In this document: piece by piece, positions 1-13,067 of the stretch
How positions within the stretch are numbered: the first letter of the stretch is position 1
Layout of the letters: each line of letters opens with the position of its first letter
Source of the DNA: Octopus bimaculoides
Taxonomy: Eukaryota
Direction: 5' to 3'
NCBI RefSeq assembly: GCF_001194135.2
Contig: NC_068992.1
Location: forward strand, 48,669,429 to 48,732,738
Length of the DNA stretch: 63,310 bases
The notes under the pieces: generated by a model
What the model saw: the letters and a program-made list of their open reading frames with translations, nothing else
What the model was told of the DNA's origin: nothing
The model's database searches: none
Program-made: the position numbers and the translations under genes

Positions 1-37
<37 letters not shown>

Positions 38-120
38 GTATATATATGTGTGTGTATTTTGTGTGTATGCATTTATGTGTATACATACATACATACATAC
101 ACACATACATACATACATAC
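1..120. repeat. Compound (TA)/(TATG)/(CATA) microsatellite
   Basis: Read directly from the sequence. Confidence 0.95.
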
Positions 121-124
121 ATAC

Positions 125-206
125 TCAGTTCATTACGAGGAAATATCAAAACCGCAAGTTTTGTAATCAGCATTTTCGCTAGTTTTGATTTTTTTCTCTC
201 CGCCAT
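125..206 (-). CDS. Weak candidate first exon running out of the window
   Basis: AAAATGGCGG start (YY1/Kozak-like), MAERKKSKLAKMLITKLAVLIFPRNEL, donor GA|gtatgt at the microsatellite edge. CpGs are locally frequent at 130-360. Confidence 0.25.
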
Positions 207-1328
207 TTTTTCCCCTATTTTTCTTCCTGTTTTTTAGTATTTATTCATTTATATTTTTGTTGCTGTTATTTTTTTGGTATTTTATTTCCCGCGAAAATGT
301 CAACTTGTTACGAACGAATAGAAAAATATCAAAAGAATTAGACCTAATGCTTGATTTACGTAAATTATCAGATTTGTCACATATTAATAATAATCTGCAT
401 TAATCATTAATGTGTGTATGTCTTTGTTTTTTTTTTGGGGGGGGGGTTATTGCTTTTGTGTGTTTGCGTGTGATGTTGTGTATATGCTATGTGAGTGTGT
501 TTATGATGGAAATTGTGTCTAGGTTTGTGTTGATAATTTTCATTGAAGTTGTGAAAAAAAAAAAACTTGCTTTGATACGTTTGTTTATTTGTGCATGTGT
601 ATGTTTATATTTGTGCGCGTGTGTCTGTGTGTGTGTCTACATAGAATCTGANNNNNNNNNNNNNNNNNNNNNNNNNNNNNNNNNNNNNNNNNNNNNNNNN
701 NNNNNNNNNNNNNNNNNNNNNNNNNNNNNNNNNNNNNNNNNNNNNNNNNNNNNNNNNNNNNNNNNNNNNNNNNNNNNNNNNNNNNNNNNNNNNNNNNNNN
801 NNNNNNNNNNNNNNNNNNNNNNNNNNNNNNNNNNNNNNNNNNNNNNNNNNNNNNNNNNNNNNNNNNNNNNNNNNNNNNNNNNNNNNNNNNNNNNNNNNNN
901 NNNNNNNNNNNNNNNNNNNNNNNNNNNNNNNNNNNNNNNNNNNNNNNNNNNNNNNNNNNNNNNNNNNNNNNNNNNNNNNNNNNNNNNNNNNNNNNNNNNN
1001 NNNNNNNNNNNNNNNNNNNNNNNNNNNNNNNNNNNNNNNNNNNNNNNNNNNNNNNNNNNNNNNNNNNNNNNNNNNNNNNNNNNNNNNNNNNNNNNNNNNN
1101 NNNNNNNNNNNNNNNNNNNNNNNNNNNNNNNNNNNNNNNNNNNNNNNNNNNNNNNNNNNNNNNNNNNNNNNNNNNNNNNNNNNNNNNNNNNNNNNNGTGT
1201 GTGTGTGTGTGATCGGGTACTTCTTTCCTGTATGTGTAGGTAGTGTGAAATTCACTGAAGTACAATATTCGCGCGCATATTATAAATGCATACTCACACA
1301 CACACAGGCACGCGCACATCCGTGTGTA

Positions 1329-1379
<51 letters not shown>

Positions 1380-1559
1380 ACATATTTATGTACATATATT
1401 TAAGGGAAAGGAGAACTCAATTCTTTCAGGTAGAAAATATCATCCTATTCATTGGAAGGTGTGACTAGCAGTCTATCATTTCTCATTTTCGGAAGACTGT
1501 CAAATAGAAACACAGACACAGCTTTCAATACATGTATATGTATATGTGTATACACTCAC

Positions 1560-1643
<84 letters not shown>

Positions 1644-2845
1644 CAAATCTGTAGGCCTCCCTCCAAAGATTTTACTAAAGATTCCATTTCTGTCTCTGTA
1701 ATCTCTCAATTCAGTCAGCATAGGATTACAACGGTTCATTCCATAGTCATCACTTGATGATGAATATTAAATGAACTGAGCAAATATTGTCCCACACACA
1801 CACACACACACACACATACGTACATACACAGACCTCTATAGCTCTATCTGTCACTCTCATCCCTTCTTTTCTCTGACCATCTCTCTGTCTCTGTTTGTCA
1901 GTCTCTCTCTTTCCTCTCTGTCTCTCTCTCTATCTATCTATCTATCTATCTTGCTAGCTCGCTTGGTCTTTATATATGCTGTTCTCTACCTTACCCAAGA
2001 TTTGTGTCTCTCACAATTCGTTTTGTATCTCTCTCGAATCTTCTTCCTGGTATCTATTTCACCTACATCTCTCGCTAAATATATGTGCGTGTGTGTGTGT
2101 GTGTGTGAGTGTGTGTAGGTGTGTAGGTTTGTGTGTCTNNNNNNNNNNNNNNNNNNNNNNNNNNNNNNNNNNNNNNNNNNNNNNNNNNNNNNNNNNNNNN
2201 NNNNNNNNNNNNNNNNNNNNNNNNNNNNNNNNNNNNNNNNNNNNNNNNNNNNNNNNNNNNNNNNNNNNNNNNNNNNNNNNNNNNNNNNNNNNNNNNNNNN
2301 NNNNNNNNNNNNNNNNNNNNNNNNNNNNNNNNNNNNNNNNNNNNNNNNNNNNNNNNNNNNNNNNNNNNNNNNNNNNNNNNNNNNNNNNNNNNNNNNNNNN
2401 NNNNNNNNNNNNNNNNNNNNNNNNNNNNNNNNNNNNNNNNNNNNNNNNNNNNNNNNNNNNNNNNNNNNNNNNNNNNNNNNNNNNNNNNNNNNNNNNNNNN
2501 NNNNNNNNNNNNNNNNNNNNNNNNNNNNNNNNNNNNNNNNNNNNNNNNNNNNNNNNNNNNNNNNNNNNNNNNNNNNNNNNNNNNNNNNNNNNNNNNNNNN
2601 NNNNNNNNNNNATATATATACATATAATATATATACATATATGTTTGTATATATATATTATATATATATGTAATATATATATGTATATGTATACATACAT
2701 ATATATATATATACATAAATACATACATATATATATTTACAGGTGTGTATGTATATATTTATATATATACATAGAGAGAGAGAGACAGTCAGACAGACAG
2801 TCAGACAGACAGATAGACAGACAGATGAGATCTGGAAAAGTGTAT

Positions 2846-3000
2846 AAGGCGCCGGACAGAGTTCATAGCAGCATTTCTTCCGGCATCCTTTTCTGAGTTC
2901 AAATCCCACCGATGTCGAGTTTCCCTTTCATCCTTTCGGGGTCAATAAAACAAGTGTCAGTTGAGGACCGAGGTCGATACAATCCGCCATCCTCCCACCC
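2846..3000 (+). mobile_element. SINE family A (tRNA-like head with B-box-like GAGTTCAAATCC)
   Basis: ctgagttcaaatcccaccgatgtcga..cctttcatcctttcggggtc..gtcgat; this motif set recurs about 17 times in the window. Confidence 0.8.
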
Positions 3001-3084
3001 AACAAAAAGAAAGAAAAAAACATTCAAGCATCATGCCTACACAAAATAGGATGACATATTTCTTTATTTACAAACACACACAGA

Positions 3085-3328
3085 CGCATGCGCACACGTA
3101 CACACACACACACACACACACGCACACACACAGACGCACACACATACGCTCGCACGCACACACACACACACACACACATATATCAGTCACTATATTTCCC
3201 CTTTGCTAGCTTCCCCTTTCTTTGCTATCACTTTCTCACTCTCTCCCCTATCTCTCTCTCTCTCTCTCTTTCTAACTGTCTATTTCTCTCTCTCTCTCTC
3301 TTTCTCTTTATCTCTCTCTTTCTCTCTC

Positions 3329-3365
<37 letters not shown>

Positions 3366-3524
3366 GTCTATTTCTCTCTCTCTTTATCAATCTATCTATC
3401 AATCTATTTATCTCCATCTCAATCTCTCCCGGTATCTCTTTTTCCAATTCTCGCTTTTCTCAAATAACCTTTCACTCACCCTCTCTGTCACTCTTTCTCT
3501 CACACTCTCTCATATTCTCTTTCT

Positions 3525-3569
<45 letters not shown>

Positions 3570-3600
3570 ACACACACTCCCTTGCTCTTCTCTCTCCTCC
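3085..3600. repeat. (CA)n followed by a long (TC)n-rich tract
   Basis: Read directly. It includes a short internal duplication of ctaactgtctatttctctctctc. Confidence 0.95.
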
Positions 3601-4126
3601 ACCTCATTACTATGATAATGTCATTAAAAATAAACAAAGAGCGCAAAATACGGACAAGAATTTTACAAAAATAAAAAGCATCGAAAAGAACAAACATCAA
3701 AGCCGAACTTCAAACGCAATAAAAACCGAAGCAAATCAAAACATATATTTCATAAAATAATAAAGACACTACAACAACAACAACAACAACAACAGAAGAA
3801 GCAGCAGCAGCAGTAGCAGCAGCAGCAGTAGCAGCAGCTGCCACATCAAAATCGGAAAGAACGTCCACGTCGTCAGCAGGCGATGCTCTAAATGTATTAA
3901 CTAAATCACCCTCGTGTAACACTCTATCATCTTAAAAATATGAGACAATTCATGAAGTAGTCCTCGGTAGACAATGTCTGTAAATACGTATTGCCACAAG
4001 GAGAATCCGTTTGAACTTAAGCTTGCTCGATCAAGGCTGATCCTGGATTAAATAAACCTCATCAACAACAACAAAAACAACAAAAACTACTACTACTGCT
4101 ACTACTACTACTACTACTACTACTAT

Positions 4127-4160
<34 letters not shown>

Positions 4161-4224
4161 GCTACTACTACTACTACTACTGCTACAAAAGCAATAACAT
4201 CAATAAGAAGCAAATGAGAAAGGC

Positions 4225-4390
4225 ACTGCTTGACAACTGTATTTGTTAAACATAAGAGCTGAATCTCACTTCGTATGACTTCATATGATACACCGCCATA
4301 TTAAAAGGAAACGAAAGACGGGTTTTAAGGCAGAGGTCGGTCTTTGGTCACAGGTTTGCTTGAGTAGAATTGACCTGGGGTTAAACAACC
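4225..4390 (+). mobile_element. SINE-like family C
   Basis: Ends gaattgacctggggttaaacaac. A related end lies at 3960-4075. Confidence 0.55.
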
Positions 4391-4444
4391 GCTTCAGCTA
4401 CTGCTGTTTTTAATATTGCTTATTGCTTTCATGTTTTGACACAA

Positions 4445-5990
4445 CGCTAGCAATTTCGAGTTGGGGTGGGGAGTGTGCGGATTGTGGATAAGCCGATTAC
4501 ATCGCCCCCAGTGTTCATTCTGTACTTCTTTTATCGATCGCAAAAGGATGAAAAGTATAGTTGACCTCAGCATCATTTGAACTCAGAACATCAAGACAGT
4601 TGGGATACCACTATGTATTTTGTCCAGCGCACTAACGATTCTGCCCGCTCGCCACCTTACGCAGCAATCTATAATATTAGTTCCAAATTTTGATTACATC
4701 GATCTCAGCATTCAACTGGTTCTTCTTTTATCGACCCCACTAAAGGATGAAAGACAAAGTCGACTTAGGCTGAATTTGAACTCAGAACATAAGAACGGAT
4801 GAAATGCCTTCTGCAATCTATAATATAAACAGCAACATTAGAGAAGTAGCAGCAAATAATGGTCTTTAATTTAAGTACAAGGCCAAAATTTTTGACTGCC
4901 GTATTATTCTAAGCACTTCAGGGGTTGAAAGTCAAAGCTGACCTCAGGACCGGAAGAAATAACGCAAGACATTTCCTCCGGCGTTCTAATAATTCTGATA
5001 ATCTATCCCGTAATATGGTAGTGGCATGCTCTAATTTTAGGTTGAAGATCAGCAATTTTGAAGAAAAGAAATTTCCGATTCCATTTTACCTCAGCATTTG
5101 ACTGGTATCTTATTTTATCGACCTCAGTGGGATGAAAGAAAGAGTGGACCTTGATGAGATTTGAGGTCAGAAGCGAAGGAGGGGGANNNNNNNNNNNNNN
5201 NNNNNNNNNNNNNNNNNNNNNNNNNNNNNNNNNNNNNNNNNNNNNNNNNNNNNNNNNNNNNNNNNNNNNNNNNNNNNNNNNNNNNNNNNNNNNNNNNNNN
5301 NNNNNNNNNNNNNNNNNNNNNAGAGGGGAAGAAAAAGAAGAGTAGGAGGAGGAGGAGGTATAGTCGATTCTAACGACCATAGTGCTTGACTGGTGCTTTA
5401 TTTTATCGACTCCGGATATGATGGAAGGCAGTGTTGGATTCGTCGGGGTTTGAAACCAAAGAGTAAAAATACGGAAGAAAAGCCGCTAAGCATTTTGTCC
5501 GATGCGCTAAAGATTCTGCTGATCAATCACCAGATACTGCTGCTGCTGCTGCTGCTACTGCTGTTGTTGTTGTTGCTGTCGTCATAAATGGTAAGAAAAA
5601 GAAGACGTAGTAGTAGCAGTAGTAGTAGGAGGAGGAGGAGGAGGAGGACGACGACGACGACGACGACGAGGAGAACGCCATACCCTCAGAGGAAAAAGTA
5701 CAACCGTTTTGGAAATCGATCTGGTCGAATCACAAAGAACACAATTCGATGCAGTCTAGATTCATGAGCAAGTCAGAGATACGGAGCATATTGGTATCGG
5801 AATTTGACATAAGGCAGGGAGTAAGTCGTTTACATCGACCCCCACCAATGCTCAAATGATACTTATTTTGTCCGACCCGAGAGGATGAAAGGCAAAGTTG
5901 ATCTGGACGGAATTCGAACTGTGAACGTAAAATCTGAAGAAATGCTACTAACTATTCAGTCCGGGATGCCTGCTTGCGGCTTTAGAGGAA
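4445..5990 (-). mobile_element. Cluster of six family A SINE copies, all on the minus strand
   Basis: Copies start near 4445, 4670, 4860, 5030, 5360 and 5800. Each retains ttttatcgac..ggatgaaag..aaagtcgac..gaatttgaactcagaac variants. Confidence 0.8.
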
Positions 5991-6660
5991 CTGACCATAT
6001 TAAGAAAGCAAATATATACTCCCTAGCTTCTGTGATAATGCTCTCCCTGATTCCCATGAGAGATGGACTTACCTGTACAACAACGTCATGCATGATTTCG
6101 GTAAAAGATCACTCGCTGACAGGTAATGGACTAACTTACTCTCCGAAAGTGATGTAAACTAATAACTTCACAAATTGTCGGCCAGTAACATTCCCTACGA
6201 CCATGTGTAAAATACTAACATCCATCATCACTGAATACATACATGCCTTCCTAAAAAGTTGTAAATGTGGCTTATATTGGTTTAAAAAACAGCTTGTAAT
6301 CAATATACTGGTTTCTGGAGAACTGCCACAATCGACCCAAATATTCTTGATTACAAAAACAAGAATTTGATAGCATTCCCCAAAGGTGGATTGAGAAATG
6401 CTTTGAAATCTATAAAATCTCTCCGGTTTATTGGTAATTTTCTGTCAAAACAGTCTGAAGCTCTAGAAGACAATTCAAACACTGAATGCAGAAGTCGGCT
6501 CTATGAACACGGATGATGTTATAAGCTATGATATTTTGGAAAGTGACTCACTATCGCCAATTCCCATTCATACAGTTCTCTTTCTCTTAAGCAAGCTGTT
6601 AAATAACACAAGATATCAATACAGTCAATAGACTATATCAGTCAACAACTGGATCTGCTT
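5675..6660 (+). mobile_element. R4/Dong-type RLE LINE, RT fragment, interrupted by a SINE at 5800-5990
   Basis: PSEEKVQPFWKSIWSNHKEHN; NCRPVTFPTTMCKILTSIITEYIHAFLK; remnants resembling KEFDSIP..WIEKCFEIYKISP and the GDSLSP motif. Confidence 0.75.
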
Positions 6661-6678
6661 TTACTACAGTAATACACT

Positions 6679-6714
<36 letters not shown>

Positions 6715-6839
6715 NNNNNNNNNNNNNNNNNNNNNNNNNNNNNNNNNNNNNNNNNNNNNNNNNNNNNNNNNNNNNNNNNNNNNNNNNNNNNNNNNNNNNN
6801 NNNNNNNNNNNNNNNNNNNNNNNNNNNNNNNNNNNNNNN

Positions 6840-6881
<42 letters not shown>

Positions 6882-6898
6882 AAATAATATATAATATA

Positions 6899-6944
<46 letters not shown>

Positions 6945-7429
6945 ATATAAAGACATTGGCGACGGATTAGATATAAGTGGTACCTTGGACAAGCATCTTT
7001 TTTAACATCTCTTTTAACATAGCCAGATTTATGAACGAAATAATAAATGGATAGGAATTGTGAGGAAATCTATGAGATGGAATGAACCTAAGTATTTAAT
7101 CCATTTTACCGGTATTATCTGCTCCTTGTGTACCTCTGTTAAAGTTCACTCTGTTGGTTGCGAACAGTCTAAGCAGGTCTTTTGTTTACACTACTTAACT
7201 CTGTAGCAAGGGCTGAGTCTTGGTATTTGTCTTCACCAATACTACCACCCCTCTCTCTATCTTTCTCTCTGTCTCTCTCTCACTCTCTGTCTCTCTCTCT
7301 CTCTCTCTCTCGAAGACGTTGAGTACCTGGTCGTGGGAGCTGCCCTCTTCCCCAATGACTACACCATATAAAAACAATAACATATGACATTAACATTAAT
7401 CGATATTAATATCAACAAAACAAGACCAT

Positions 7430-7599
7430 TAGTAGCAACAGTAACAGCAACAACAACAGAGCCTGCAGCGACATCTGCAGCATTAACAAAAAAACCAACA
7501 ATCGCAACAAAAGCAACAACAACAGCAGCTTCTGAGTACAGCATTTATAGCAACAACAATCGCAACAACAATCGCAACAGCGCCTGTAGTAACATCTGT

Positions 7600-7633
<34 letters not shown>

Positions 7634-8064
7634 GATACAACAACAACAAAAGCGACAACAGCATCTGAAACAGCATCTGCTGCAACTACAGCAACAACAG
7701 CAATAACATGTGCATCAGCAACAGCAGCAGCGTCTCTAGCAACAACAACAAGAATAATAGTAAATGGTTCAGTTGAGTATAGAGGTGGGATGCTCACCAC
7801 TACATTACTACTACCACGACTACTATTACTACTACAACGACTACCATCACTGCGACATTCCTTAATGCTACTACTGCTGCTATTGCTTGCATTGTACCAT
7901 TACTGCTACAACTACTACTACTATTACTACTACCATCTCTAGTATCACGATTATCATTGACACCACTGTCGCAACCACATATACCACCGTGATAATCATC
8001 ACTCCTGCTACTACCACAACTACTGCTAACTACAACAACAGCGATAATAATAATAATAATAATA

Positions 8065-8121
<57 letters not shown>

Positions 8122-8360
8122 ATGATGATGACAATGATAATAACATTAAAATTTTTTTTTTTTTTAAATACATATNNNNNNNNNNATGATGATGACAATG
8201 ATAATAACATTAAATTTTTTTTTTTTTAAATACATATTTTACCTGTGAATATGCGTGTGTAAACTGGGAATGCATACAACGAGTTTCTCTGCCCTAGGTG
8301 TACGGAAAACACTCGGCGAGAAAGGGAAGAAAATTTGAAGAAAGAAGAAAAAAAAACAAC

Positions 8361-8435
<75 letters not shown>
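7430..8435. repeat. Degenerate (CAA/CAG), (ACT) and (AAT)/(ATT) trinucleotide field
   Basis: Read directly. It accounts for the poly-T/N/Y/V/I ORFs. Confidence 0.9.
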
Positions 8436-8436
<1 letters not shown>

Positions 8437-8580
8437 GTCGATTACATTGACCGCAGTACATTACTGGGATTTATGTCATCGACCACGATTAAGACGAAAG
8501 GGGAAGTCGACTTCGATGGAATCTGAACTCAGAACGCAAAAAAAAAAATGGACGCAATGCACTTTTGAAATAATATTACC
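8435..8580 (-). mobile_element. SINE family A
   Basis: gtcgattacattgacc..gtcgacttcgatggaatctgaactcagaacg; lies next to (AAT)n. Confidence 0.75.
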
Positions 8581-8906
8581 AACGTTACTTTCATTTCGCT
8601 ACTATTGCCAACAAAAATTCCATTATCACAATCACCCCCACTTTTCTAGCATTACCACTCTTCCACTACAAGCACCACTAACACCGCCACAACCATTAAT
8701 GTTATCACCACCATATCGACTCTCATTCTCCTGCACCACTATCACCATCGTTAATAACGTATCTTCCTCAATGATGTAAAACCTTTATAGCATGCGCCAG
8801 CTGATATCGACAACAACAACAACAACAACAAACTCCTCTATTAACATACCCCTTTAACACAATTACCACCAACACCGTTCCCATCATTAGCACTGCCATA
8901 TTTCAC

Positions 8907-8984
8907 CTTTCCTTGGCCATGCAGATCTGTAATCAAAGGTTGCGATGCAAAGAAAATATTCAGACCTTTTGTTGTTTCGGCCAT
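8907..8984 (-). CDS. Candidate first coding exon of a second minus-strand gene
   Basis: AAAATGGCC start context, MAETTKGLNIFFASQPLITDLHGQGK, donor AAG|gtgaaa. It lies 60 bp downstream of an ETS-CRE motif. Confidence 0.3.
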
Positions 8985-9056
8985 TTTTTTTTAGTCAAAT
9001 TATTCGACTTTTGAAAGACGTAACTGCTCGAGGAACAATGACAACCGGAAGTGACG
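8979..9056 (-). promoter_or_regulatory. Housekeeping-type promoter signature: ETS-CRE composite plus YY1-like motif
   Basis: CCGGAAGTGACG at 9045-9056 and GGCCATTTT at 8979-8987 (AAAATGGCC on minus). CpGs are locally frequent over ~8940-9210. Confidence 0.45.
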
Positions 9057-9224
9057 ACTTCAGGGGAAGTCAGTTGGAATTACTAACATTTATTCTCGAA
9101 AAATGTGAAATGTTTTTGTCTTTTTATCATTTTTTTTTTTTCATGGTTTCTATAAAATTCCACTTTATTTCTATTGTAGTAAAACACACACGGAGCGAGG
9201 ATTATCGATAAAATTGCTAGTTAT

Positions 9225-9480
9225 TGTGTATGTTTAGCCCGAGGTCAATTTGACAAAACTGACAAGTTTTACACGTAGCTTTTATTACTAAGCACAATGT
9301 AAGCAGTACCATATGATCCAATGTGAGCTTGTTTCTTTGACGGTTTTTGTTGTTTATTATAAGACATTCAGATGTAATTTGAGAAAGATTTCGGTGCTTT
9401 ATCTAGCAAGTCTATCGACATTAGGATGTAATTTGAGAAAGATTTCGCTGCTTTATCTAGCAGGTCTATCGACTGTTTAG
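9225..9480 (-). mobile_element. SINE-like family C with a 54-bp internal tandem duplication
   Basis: tgtttagcccgaggtcaa at the left end. gatgtaatttgagaaagatttcg..gtctatcgac occurs twice (9371 and 9425). Confidence 0.65.
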
Positions 9481-9544
9481 GGATTTAGTTTTCAACCTTT
9501 GTCGATTCGTGCACGGCACATTCAATAATTGTTGGTTTGTGTAA

Positions 9545-10050
9545 CACAAGAACAAAAACTTAGAAGAAACCTTGTGAAAAGTCACGTCGATATGAACGTG
9601 GAATCATTGTTATATAAACTTTGTGCTTGAAAAGGTGAAAGCATTAGCTACATAGTGAGCGAAATCAGTAAACTTGCACAAAGAGAATACGAAACGATGC
9701 ACAACTGCATTGCATGCTTTGTTCATTGGAAACTATGTAAAAAAAAATACAATTTAGGCACAGCAGATGTGTGAGGTAAATATCAAACTAATGAAAAGAA
9801 GAACATGACAATGTTAAGATGCTATGGAAGTTCAGCATTCAATTGTAATGAAATGATTGAAGCAACAAGGTTACGCATTGTCACCATGAACGAAAAAGTA
9901 AAAAATGTACTGCAAATGCTTAATATAACATTTCTGTGTGATTACGGAGGTTATGAGTGAGCAGAAGAAATGATTGAGAAACGTCGAGTGTGTGGGGCAC
10001 GGAATATTTGAAATTGTGCCACTTGCATAATAAGACTGAAAATGAAATAA
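9545..10050 (+). mobile_element. R4/Dong-type LINE, CCHC knuckle and RLE domain fragment
   Basis: QEQKLRRNLVKSHVDMNVESLLYKLC..KGESISYIVSEISKLAQREYETMHNCIACFVHWKLC; DNVKMLWKFSIQ..MIEA. Confidence 0.7.
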
Positions 10051-10149
10051 TGGTTGAATTATTGAAGTTTGGGATTCAAAGTCGAACAGGACCACCGCTG
10101 TTACAAAACAAATTATTAGAAACTCAATGAATCCTAATTAAAATGCTGA

Positions 10150-11345
10150 ATTACTGTGCTAAAGAAGCAATCTCAAAGAACCCTTGCTCACCGACTTAGA
10201 CTCTCTCCTTGAAGATTGTATAAAGAACATGAGATTTATCTATGATTTGCATATTATGAATTGAGCCCTCACTCCATAAATAAATCTGCTGAATCAAATC
10301 AGATATTACATACGCTATAGAGAAACGATAAACAGTCGCCTCTCTTTGGATTATTTAAACTGGTTAGCAATGCAAACAACGTGCTGGAGTGCCAACATAA
10401 AACTGTACGTGAATTCTGTTAGGATATGAAAATGATTATGATTGAGACAAATATTTAAAGTTTCTCTAATAAAAGGCAAATAATAATAAAAAATAACTTA
10501 TATAATATTATGTGAGATTTCGATAGTGAAATCAGAGAATTGGAACCGAACCAATGATACAAAAGTTAGGAGCAGATGAATCTGATAAGATACGACACAC
10601 AGAAATGTCGGAGAAAATTAAAAACGTGTATAACAGAAAAGTCAGACTAATATGAAAACCTGGACTGAATGCCAGAAATATAAGATTATAGATATAAATA
10701 GTCTAACCATCCTAGTTATAAACTACAACTTTAATATGATCAATTGGAAGTTAAGTGAACTGAAGAAAATTGATAGGAACAGAAGAAAACTACTCACTAG
10801 ATTCCAAACCTATCACATTAAAACCAATGAAAATAGATAAAAATATATCTGAATATACGAGTATATACAATGAGGGAGGTATTGTCTAATACAAATAGGG
10901 AAATATTACAAAGTAACCTCACCAGATCTCGAAAAAATACCTAGAAGCTTGAAAATGTAAACTAATTAGTTTGCTGAAGAGACATGAAACAAACGAACAA
11001 AAATCTCTCATTACGCAAAGCAACAATAAAGCAGAAATTAGACACTAATTACTATCAGGTAAAATGTTTAGAGGAGAACAAAAACAGACGAAAATAACAA
11101 ATAAGAGGTGGAATAATCAAAGTGCAGCTGGAGAAATTAGTAAATTGAAAATAGAATGAGAAGAACTTTCCGCTGTCACTAATCTGTGCGTCAGAGTAAA
11201 GAGGATTTGAATGATCCAACATAGGAGGTAACAATGGTTGAAAAGATTTGGGCTGGAGGTAGAAATGCAAAATCTAATTTTCGCTGCAGAAGATCAATGT
11301 CTAAGAAGAAAACGCTTCCAAAATAAATCTGTAAAATGATAGGAC
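10150..11345 (+). mobile_element. R4/Dong-type LINE, RT C-terminal half
   Basis: SEIRELEPNQ*YK.LGADESDKIRH; KIIDINSLTILVINYNFNMINWKLSELKKIDRNRRKLLTRF (ORF 10652-10840); ends at an AAEDQCL-like motif. Confidence 0.8.
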
Positions 11346-11512
11346 CAGATCAAATGGAATGCTTATATAATGAAAAAATTGACCAATCACAGTTTATCTG
11401 ACTACTCAGTCCTTTCGAAACGAAGCGCTTTTCCTCGATATTTACACACACATACACACAGAAGCAAATATGAGAGGTGTGTATGTATGCGTGAGCATGT
11501 AAGTGTGTGTGT

Positions 11513-11543
<31 letters not shown>

Positions 11544-12060
11544 GTGTGGTGTGTGTGTGGTGTGGTGTGTGTGTGGTGTGGTGTGTGTGTGTGGTGTAAT
11601 GTGTGTNNNNNNNNNNNNNNNNNNNNNNNNNNNNNNNNNNNNNNNNNNNNNNNNNNNNNNNNNNNNNNNNNNNNNNNNNNNNNNNNNNNNNNNNNNNNNN
11701 NNNNNNNNNNNNNNNNNNNNNNNNNNNNNNNNNNNNNNNNNNNNNNNNNNNNNNNNNNNNNNNNNNNNNNNNNNNNNNNNNNNNNNNNNNNNNNNNNNNN
11801 NNNNNNNNNNNNNNNNNNNNNNNNNNNNNNNNNNNNNNNNNNNNNNNNNNNNNNNNNNNNNNNNNNNNNNNNNNNNNNNNNNNNNNNNNNNNNNNNNNNN
11901 NNNNNNNNNNNNNNNNNNNNNNNNNNNNNNNNNNNNNNNNNNNNNNNNNNNNNNNNNNNNNNNNNNNNNNNNNNNNNNNNNNNNNNNNNNNNNNNNNNNN
12001 NNNNNNNNNNNNNNNNNNNNNNNNNNNNNNNNNNNNNNNNNNNNNNNNNNNNNNNNNNNN

Positions 12061-12105
<45 letters not shown>

Positions 12106-12149
12106 CGTAAGGGCAGAGGATATAATATCCAGGCAGATACCGAATGTCA

Positions 12150-12300
12150 CTGAGTAAAAAGCCAAGGCCGGTACCTTCTGATGGTGCGTTTTTTGCTAAT
12201 CTTCCTTTAGCTCCCATCTGACTTCGGCGGAATTTGAGCACAGAACACAAAGACAGATGAAATGCCACTGTGAAAAGCAAAACGGTGTTGGGATAAGTGA
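12150..12300 (-). mobile_element. SINE family A, partial
   Basis: gacttcggcggaatttgagcacagaac..gatgaaatgcc. Confidence 0.6.
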
Positions 12301-12969
12301 GAGGACGGTAACGAGACCATAAAGAAATGATAAACGACGATATAATAAGGACAAGACAATGGAAACCGACAAAGGTAGGTGTCATATAAATATATACATA
12401 CGTATAAAGGCCTTTTGGCTGAGACTACATTAACACGTGTGCAGAAGTAACGCTAACGGATATATATACAGGTAGAATAGTCAGTGGACTGTTATATAGA
12501 CGTGTGTGTGTATACGCATATATATATATATATCTGTGTGTGTGTGTGTGCGTGTGTGTGTGTGTGTGTATGTATGTATGCATGCATGCATGCATGTATG
12601 TATGTATGTATGTATGTGCATATATAAGTAGGTAAATGTATATGAATGTAAACAGATAGACTTACAGATAGATAGATACATATGTAATATGAAAAGACAA
12701 GCACACATACACACATACATACGCAAAAGAAGACTGAAACACATCTACACTGGTATTTATTAAGGGCTTGTCTATGATGTACAAAGGTGTAGCTATGAGA
12801 GATAGAAGTGTTTCATACTAATCTCATGACCAAAGTAGGATTGAGAAATCAATGCTCAGTAATAGACATATTTTGGCTTGCTTCCTTTTGACCAAAACAT
12901 GGAAGTTATTATGTTGTTAGTGTACACGTACCTCGGAAAGTAAATATGCAACCTGTGGAGTTTGTTAGT

Positions 12970-12985
12970 AAAAGCAACAACAACG

Positions 12986-13067
<82 letters not shown>

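Noticed and set aside
3710-3930. Poly-Ala ORF (DLVNTFRASPADDVDVLSDFDVAAAA)
   Set aside because: It runs directly into trinucleotide repeats, has no donor, and has a weak acceptor.
7384-7800. Mucin-like Thr/Ala-rich ORF
   Set aside because: It is a degenerate CAA/CAG repeat with no convincing splice sites or non-repetitive domain.
8122-8238. 55-bp direct repeat around a 10-N gap
   Set aside because: One contig ends and the next begins with the same sequence, which is typical of an unmerged overlap artefact.
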